Positions 52,401 through 61,400 of a stretch of DNA of 64,000 nt are shown here, piece by piece. The position numbers were made by a program, and so were the translations under genes. How positions within the stretch are numbered: the stretch's first letter is position 1; each line of letters starts with the position of its first letter. Source of the DNA: Octopus vulgaris (lineage: Eukaryota); the NCBI GenBank assembly GCA_951406725.2, contig OX597826.1, positions 73,842,001-73,906,000 of the forward strand, given 5' to 3'. Under the pieces are notes generated by a model. The model searched no databases and was not told the DNA's origin. It worked only from the letters and a program-made list of their open reading frames with translations.

Positions 52401-55400
52401 CTGCTTTTTATTGGTCTTTTATTTCTGAACGTGTTAATTCATTGAAAATGTGTCTGTATATTTATTTGTGTTAGTGAACAATTCCCATATGTATAAACTT
52501 TCTTCTAATTACAGCAGAACCTATAGTTGAAGTGAAAGAAGAGAAAGATTGTCCTATCAGTTCAGAATGGTGGTCAGAATATTTAAATGATTCAGATTGT
52601 CACAATTTAGATCTTTCTGGAAAACTGAAATTAACATTTGAAATCTTGAAAATGTGTGAAGAAATTGGTGATAAAGTGTAAGTATATGATGTTTTATTGA
52701 AATATTACAAAACCTGGACCTTGTTTTGTTTATAAATAGATTTTAAATTGTTATTCTTTCAACATAGGTTTTGCTTTAAAAACAAGGAGGACAAGAAAAG
52801 CCTGTTGGAAATTTGTTACTGTCTCTGCAGTTGGTCCCAACTTAGTAGGGACTATTTTTTGTTACACTTTAATGTTTACTATTTTATTTAAAGATGTTTG
52901 TAACTTTCTAACTGCATTGATTTGTTATGAAACTGAAATGGAAGATAATCTTTAAAAATAAATGTAAAGGCAATGTAGTTGCCATGAGAAACGGTAAAAA
53001 TACATCAGTGCTTTTGAGCAAATGTCCATTACGAAGAAATAAGAGACAGGAAAAATGGGTGGGGTGGGGGTGGAGAAACACCCAACTTTGTCATTCTCGA
53101 TAATCAAGACAATAATTGGTGAAGGATGTAGGTTAATGGATATGAGGTTTGTGAGGAGAATAGAAGTGGATTGTGAGCAGATGGATGAAGTGGGTAAGTA
53201 GATAGGTGGCTTCAAAGTAGTGGTGGTAAGATGGTGGAAGGAAGTGGGTAGCTTGTACTGGAGGATGCAGTTTATGTGGTGGGCAGATGGAGGATGGTTA
53301 GAAGTGTTGGACATTAGCTGAGTGTAAGACAGCTGCAGTCAGTGAAGTGTGCGCTTCAGTATGAGTGTGCTTGTTGGTAGGTACAGCAGTGTATATATAC
53401 ATAAACATGTTGGTGTGAGTGGAAGGGTCTTAGCTGGAATACATCCCTATCCATCACAGGAGGGAGCAAAAGAAGGAAGGAAAGGAATTAGACAAGATAA
53501 TGAAGTTATTGATATCAAATGGAAAACATTTTCCCATTTGGAAAGTTGTTTGCAAATTAGCTTAGTAACTGTGAGAGAGGTGTTGTTGGGTTAAACCGAA
53601 GATAGGAAAATGGCATTGGGGTAATTCACAGAGTTAAAATGGCATGTTACAGGTCTATTGAGCCCATGATTGTGAGGTGTATCACGCAGGTGCTCTTTAT
53701 ATTGGTCAACCAAGCAACATGTTGTCTTATCTATGTACAAACCATTGCAGAGTTGACATTTTTATACATTGACTTTACATTTGTTTTTATTCCCTTCTTC
53801 CATTGGATTATTCATTGCCTGACATGACCTACACAGCAGATTCCTTCCTTGGATCATATATTTTAATGAAAATCAAGTTGAGTCTTTTTCCCCTCAACTT
53901 CAACACGGTACCACATTTCAAAAAATGTTGGATGTGGTTTAAATTAAAATTAACTGTAGATCGTCAACTTTGATTATAGAAACTGTTTTGTTTCTATTTT
54001 AGGTTAGTTTTCAGCCAAAGTTTGTTATCATTAGATTTATTAGAAGATTTCCTGGAATACATTGATACTAATGCTCAGAAAGAACAAGAAGAAAAAGACA
54101 AAGAAAAGGAAAAAGAGAAAGAAAAAGAAACGTCTAGTAACAAGGTAAATGTATATATATGTATATATGTGTAGTAATTTTATTGACAGTTTCCTCAATA
54201 GACTGAATGCTAATTATTTGGGGTATCTGGCTACCAAATCTCTTTCTTGAAAAAATGCAGGGCTCAAGAGTGTGAGCATAGGATATATAGTAGAAGCAGT
54301 GGAGTAAACTGAGAAGAGACCCAGTTTTTGTGGTGATGGGATAATGTTTGTAGAGAATTGATGAATGTGGCTGGGTTTGTCAATCAGATTCAGTGTCTCT
54401 TCTTGAACAAAGTCTGTAGAATTGTGCATGCACACATGTGTATGCTTGTCTGTAGTGAGTGCATAGTTGCAGACAGGTGTAAGGCATATTTTGCTTGTAG
54501 AGGGTTAGCAGCCGTTTGGAACTAAGAATTTTTTATGCCCTTTGAAGTAGAAATTGCCACTTTGGTGATGCAATGTTGAAAGCTAGGTTTTCCAAGAGAA
54601 GTTAGAGGTGGTCAGACCTGACAATTGTTTAGAGTGTAATAGATTCAGTCGTGTTTTGTTGTTGTTATTGTTGTTGTTGTTGTTGCCTGCAATGTTGTTA
54701 AACTGTCTTTGGTCTGATGATGTTTTGTCTTTTATGTAAGTAACAACATTCAACAGAAAAAACATAAACATTTTTCATTTTAGAAAAAGAAAGATAAAGA
54801 GGAAAAAGAGACCTTTGGCAAGTCTTGGATCAAAGGTGCTGATTACTTTCGACTCGATGGTTCTACACCTGCTCACTATCGTAAGAGATGGGCTGAAGTT
54901 TTCAATGATACAGAAAATTATAGGTAAAGTTTTGACAGTTTTTCACCTTTAATTGCCTACTCCCTGCTCACCTTTTCTTTCTTTTATACTTTGACCTGTC
55001 TCCCTCTCTCATAACCCCCCCCCTGTCTTGTAGTCTTGCAATGCTGCATGGTGACCATGCCACTGCAAATGACACGAAAAACGCACGCAGTACCTACTGT
55101 GAATTGGTTGGTATTAGGAAGGGCATCTAGTTGTAGAAACCATGCCTAAGCAGACACTGGAGCACAGTGTAGTCCTTGGACCTTTTGGATATTGCCAAAC
55201 TGTCCAGCGTAAAACTTGGTTAAATGATGATGATGATGATATATACATGCAAACACCAATGGTGTATGGTTGTTATGAAAATTCTTATAACCAGAATTTC
55301 GTGTACTTCAGCTCCATTATTTTAACTGTTTTGTTATATTTCTAACTAAAATACACTCCTTATATCTTTCTGAAATAATCAAGAACTAAGACTAGTTTTG

Positions 55401-58400
55401 TGAAATAAACTATAGCTTTAAAAAATAGTCTTGTATGAGTTTATGGCTGAGTTTTTGTCTCGAAACTAATTGCAAGAAAATATTAAAAATGAGAAATTCT
55501 AAAAATTTTGTTGAAATATTCCCATATAAAATCAGTTGTAAGACGATATTTAGCTGAGCTTTGTGTGTTTGTGTAGATTGTACACATTGTTGAATGTAAA
55601 ATTGCATAAAATTATCGTGTTTGAAGAAAACTGCAAACTGAAGTTCACAAGTATATAAATACAGACTCATACACACACACAACACATACGTACGTGTATG
55701 ATGGGTTTCTTTCGGTTTCCATCTACCAAATCCACTCGAGGCTTTAGTCAGTCTGGGGTTATAGAAGACGCTTACCCCTGGTGCCAAGAAGAGGGACTGA
55801 ACCCAGTATGGTTAAGAAACAAACTTCTTAACCACACAGCTAGGCCAACACTGAATACAATTAAGCAGATGTCACTCACCTTAAACATAAATTAAAATCT
55901 TATGTAAAGAAGAAAAAATTATTTTCAGTAAGATTAATTCATAAAATACCTTATTTTTTAATTAAATTATATATATATATATATATATATATTGGCACCT
56001 GTGCCGGTGGCACGTGTAAAAAGATTCGAGCGAGGTCGTTGCCAGTGCCGCCTGAATGGCCCCCGTGCTGGTGGCACATAAAAAGCACCCACTACACTCT
56101 CGGAGTGGTTGGCGTTAGGAAGGGCATCAAGCTGTAGAAACTCTGCCAGATCAAGACTGGACCCTGGTGCAGCCATCTGGTTCGCCAGCCCTCAGTCAAA
56201 ATCGTCCAACCCATGCTAGCATGGAAAGCGGACGTTAAACAATGATGACATATATATATATATGCAAATTAAGTGATATTTCTGTTATAAAAAGTTGTAA
56301 ATCATCCCATTCTGTATAATGTCATGTACATTGTAAAATATTTCCAATTGATTGTCCATTGAGATCTTTCCTTTTCTGATGGCATACTTTACACGATATT
56401 TTGTGGCAACTTGTTGAATGAAGACTAGCTGAATTGAGAAAGACATCCCACCACTGGCAGCCTTTTGGTTTTCTTCCAACAGTTGTCATTTGGATGGCCA
56501 ATAACCGATGCATTGCAGTATCTACTTGGAACTGTAGCTTTTCACATGTTTTTGATCATTACATGATTCATAGCTTAACCCAGTCTAAACTAAACCTTTT
56601 TAGCTGATTTGGTCAGGATTAAGAGAGAGAGAGAGAGAGAGGGGGGGAGAATGCATAAAATTGATTTGCCTCTTCATGAGTGGTCACAAGCAAATTCAAG
56701 TGGTATTAGTTAAACTGGTAATCTTGGACCATTAAAAATTTCGGGTGGTATGGTAGCAGTGGTGATAACAAAAGCATTGATTGTTATTATATAATCAATA
56801 AATCATCATCTAATGTCCATTTTCCCAAGGTTGCATGGGTTGGGCGGTTTGCCAGGAGCTGAAGAGCTGTTCAGGCCCCCTGTCTGTTTTGTGCTGTTAT
56901 TGTATGATATATTGGGTCTTCATCATCATTTTATGTCCTGTTCTTTCCATGTTTGTATAAATTGGACTGGTTTTCTTCCACCATTGCATCTTTGTCACTT
57001 AAGGCCTTTGTCAGTTCCTTCATGAAGTGCAGTATCATAAGATCAGCTGTCTCTATTTCTTCCACTTGGTGTTTCTTTACCCATGTCCTGTTCCACACAA
57101 GTCTCATGTCCATACCAACACAGTCTTGTACACTCTTGTTACAGTACTTCTGATTTGTCTTAAAACCCAGTCTTCTCAAGCCCATTTGCATTTTTTCATT
57201 CATGTACACTAATATTGCATATCTGCCGGAGCTCTCATCACACTTTTCCAGCCTTCCATTTTCTATCATGCAATATTGCACTTATTACTTAACCCTTTCG
57301 TTACCGTATTTATTTTGAGATGCTCTGTATTTCTTTCAGTTACTTTAAATATAACAAAGAATTTAGTAAAATAACTTAGTCATCATTCAGCTAGTGTTAG
57401 GAACATAAATTGTGACTAAGGTTTGGTGGAAGATTTTTATTCAAAACTTATGAAAACAGGACATTTATACTCAGAGCCTGAGCCGGTTTCAGCCGGGTTG
57501 GTAACAAAAGGGTTAAACATCATAACAACCTGCTCTCTAATTGGAAAAAAGAATCTTTTTTTTTTCTTTTTTCGACAGAGCAGTAATAATTCCTAAAATT
57601 TTTCAATCCCATTTTCATTCTGGCTGCTATACTTTCAAAACATTTGTGTGTTTAAAAAAATATTTATTGCAATGTTTTCTTTCTTTAATATCAATGAAAA
57701 TTAATTCTTTGCAGAGCTCGGCTGTTTTTAATTTCCACTAAAGCTGGATCCCTTGGTATTAATCTTGTAGCTGCCAATAGAGTAATTATTTTTGATGCTT
57801 CCTGGAATCCCTCACATGACATCCAGTCAATTTTCCGAGTATATCGTTTTGGTCAAACAAAACCAGTATATATTTATCGTCTTGTGGCACAGGTCAGTTA
57901 ATAAGTATTAAGTACTTTTTATTGCTATTAGTAAATGCTGAATGAAATGTATTACCGTGACCATTTTACCTTATTAGTCACTAAAATACCCGTATTTGTA
58001 CTATTACAGGGAACAATGGAAGAGAAAATCTATGACAGGCAGGTGATCAAACAAGCCTTGTCTCAACGAGTCGTTGATGAACATCAAATTGAACGACATT
58101 TCACACAGGCAGATTTACAAGAACTTTATGTATTTAAACCCGAGAAAGTGGATGATCCTAATGCACCGGAAAGACCGACTCCTATTTTACCGAAGGTAGG
58201 AACTATCCTCTGACATACAGTTCTATATTTAAGAGATGAGGAATTATGTACATTATTTACGTTTGACGGGCATATGGCGTAGTGGTTAAGAGCGTGGGCT
58301 ACTAACCCCAAGATTCCGAGTTCGATTCCAGGCAGTGACCTGAATAATAATAACATGGAAAATACTTTAGGAATGAGAACCCATGTTTGAAATTTCCCCA

Positions 58401-61400
58401 AGACACCTGATGAAGGCTGGAGGGTTTATCAGCCGAAACATTGTGTTAACAACAAACAAGATGAGGACAAATATCTGTCAAATGTAAATAATGTAAATAA
58501 CGTATTCTCTGACATTGTGAATTATGTTCTGTTTATCATTTATTCTTTCACTTGTTTCAGTCATTTGACTGCATCCATGCTGCAGCACTTGAAGGATTTT
58601 AGTTGAACAAATCAACCCCAGGACTTATGCTTTTGAAGTCTAGTACTTATTCCATCAGCCTCTTTTGCCAAACTGCTAAGTTACAAGGATGTAAACACAT
58701 CAATACTGGTTGTCAAGCAGTGTTGGGAGGACAAACACAAACTCAGATATGTGTATATATTAATATATATATATATATATGACGGGCTTCTGTCAGTTTC
58801 TGTCAACCAAATCCACTCACAAGGCTTTTGTCTGCCCTCCCTGAGGCTATAATAGAAGACACTTGTCCAAGGTGTCATGCAGTGGGACTGAACTCGGAAC
58901 CATGTGGCTGGGAAGCAAGCTTCTTACCACATGATCATGCCTAAATAAGTGGTTCTCTACCAGGGTCCACATGACCCTTGGGGGTTCATATAAGATTTTG
59001 TTAAAATTATGTGCTATAAATTGCTTATACATCTATAATACATAAAATATTTTAATAGTTTTTGTTTATACAATTCCTAATAATTAATTCATAAATAAGT
59101 ATATAGGATTTCTGTTGTGTCTGGTGGGAGTCATTCTCTTTCACTGCCTTATAATTTAACACACTCACTGGTAAAATTTCCACTCATTTACTTATTTATT
59201 TTTCTAAAATTTTCATTGCGTCTTGCAACCTTTTTGACTATTGGAAAGGTTGCAAGATCCAATGAACATTTTTGAAAAATATATAAATGAGTGGAAATTT
59301 TTTCTGGTGAGTATGTTAAATTATAAGACACTGAAAGAGAATGATTCTACCCAGACACAGCAGGATATGTTTCAACACACGAACTCATATAAAGAATCTT
59401 GTAAACCAAATCCAAAAACCGAAATATATACGATTTTTTAAACGTTAAATGGCTAGTGGGGTCCAGTAGAGTAAAATAAATACGAAAGGGATCCTTAGAC
59501 AAAAAATGGTTGGAACCAATGTTCTAAATGAATGACAGTTGAAGTAGAGATCAAACTATATTGTATGAAGTTGGTGTGGATTATTGAAGCTGTTGGATTA
59601 GCTGAGTATTATGGTGATTTATTAATTAGCCTGGATTAAAGCATTTGACTTGTTTTCTCTGCAGGATCGTATGTTAGCTGAACTGTTACAAGAACAGAAG
59701 AAATGGATTGTGGCGTACCATGAACATGATTCTCTTTTGGAGGATCAGGAGGAGGAGAAGTTGACGGAAGAAGAACGAAAGACAGCCTGGGAAGAATTTG
59801 AAAATGAAAAGAAAGGCATTGTCCGAAGAAGTGAGTAACATTGTTAATAATCCCAATAGAAGCATCATCACAAGGCCTTGACATTTAGGGAGTGTTCGTT
59901 GCCAGCCTCGGCTGGCCCCGTGCCGGTGACACGTAAAAGCACCATCCGTTCGTGGCCGTTGTGCCAGCTCTGTCTGGCACCTGTGCAGGTGGCACGTAAA
60001 AAACACCCACTACACTCGCGGAGTGGTTGGCGTTAGGAAGCGCATCCAGCCGTAGAAACACTGCCAAATCTGACTGGGCCTGATGAAGCCTTCCGGCTTC
60101 ACAGACCCCAGTTAAACCGTCCAACCCATGCTAGCATGGAAAACGGACGCTAAATGATGATGATGATGATGATTGTTGATTATGTCTGTCTTACAATTTG
60201 ACTGGTGACTGATTTTATTAACCCTGAAGGGATGAAAGGCAAGGTTGACCGTGGCAGGGTTTGAACTCAGAACATAAAGAGCCGAAAGGAATGCTGCTAA
60301 GCATTTTAAATTGTTATTTTCCCCTGTCCAACAACTGGTGTGATGTTGTATAAAGAGTGCATTCATTTACGCATGATCAACTCAAAAAAAGTTAACTGTT
60401 TTCAGATATTTCTAAGCGGAATGCATTTCCAAGAAATTTCTAAAATAATTGTGTTTAGACTTATTTAATGTCAACTGTAATAGTATGAATAACATATTAG
60501 ACAATATATATAATAATATATTAAGACAATGACATGAGATAATGCAGGACCTCATTGTATTTTGGAAGTTGCATAAAATGTCTTTGATCTTAGGTCAGTG
60601 AGGATTTGTTTTGAGACTAAACAGTAAGGATAATACAGTTAACAAGAACAACATGACCTCCACCAAAACCATCAACTCGCAATTCACCTATTGTAGTTTA
60701 TTACTTAAACTTACATCGATTCCTCTGTGATGTTGCTTTGCATTTATAATAAAATAACAATAAAAAAAATGTATGTACATACAGTACTGTTTCTACTTTG
60801 AGGGTTTTCGCCTATCGCAGGGGTCTTTGGAATGTAACAGTTGTGATAATCGAGGGATTACTGTATATTTATAGTGTGACTTTTATGTCTGCTATAACCC
60901 ATAACTCGCAATAGTGGGATAAATATTCTTTGCTACTCGAGGCACAAGACCTGAAATTTTGGGGAAGGAGTCAGTTAATTACATCGACACCAGTATGCAA
61001 CTGGTACTTATTGACCCTGAAAGGATGAAAGGCAAAGCTGACCTTGGTGGAATTTGAACTTAGAATGTAGAGACAGAGGAAATACCTAATTTTTTACTAC
61101 CCACAAGGGGCTAAACAAGGACAGACTAACGGATTAAGTCAGTTATATCGACCCCAGTGCGTAACTGGTCCTTAATTTATCGACCCCAGTGCGTAACTAG
61201 TCCTTAATTTATTGACCCCGAAAGGATGAAAGGCAAAGTCGACCTCGGCGGAATTTGAACTCAGAACGTAGCGGCAGACGAAATACTGCTAAGCATTTCG
61301 CCTGGTGTGCTAACGCTTCTGCCAGCTTGCCACCTTAGTAATGGGATAAATACTGTATCAGCCTTCCACCACAAATTGCCAAATACTTCTGATTGGTTCC

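Larger units (their letters stand above)
58217..58502 (+). mobile_element. tRNA-headed, hammerhead-containing non-autonomous retroelement (Penelope-like tail)
   Basis: 13-bp TSD TATCCTCTGACAT/TATTCTCTGACAT; A box 58275-58285; B box 58319-58329; hammerhead; 21-bp inverted copy of the tail at the 5' end. Confidence 0.75.
58947..59521. mobile_element. hAT MITE interrupted by the Penelope-like insertion
   Basis: Diverged AGTGGTTC/GAACCAATG termini, TSD GCCTAAAT/TTCTAAAT. Confidence 0.65.

Noticed and set aside
58268-58340. Functional tRNA gene with ACT anticodon
   Set aside because: Acceptor stem unpaired, anticodon stem only 3 bp, and embedded in a TSD-flanked element
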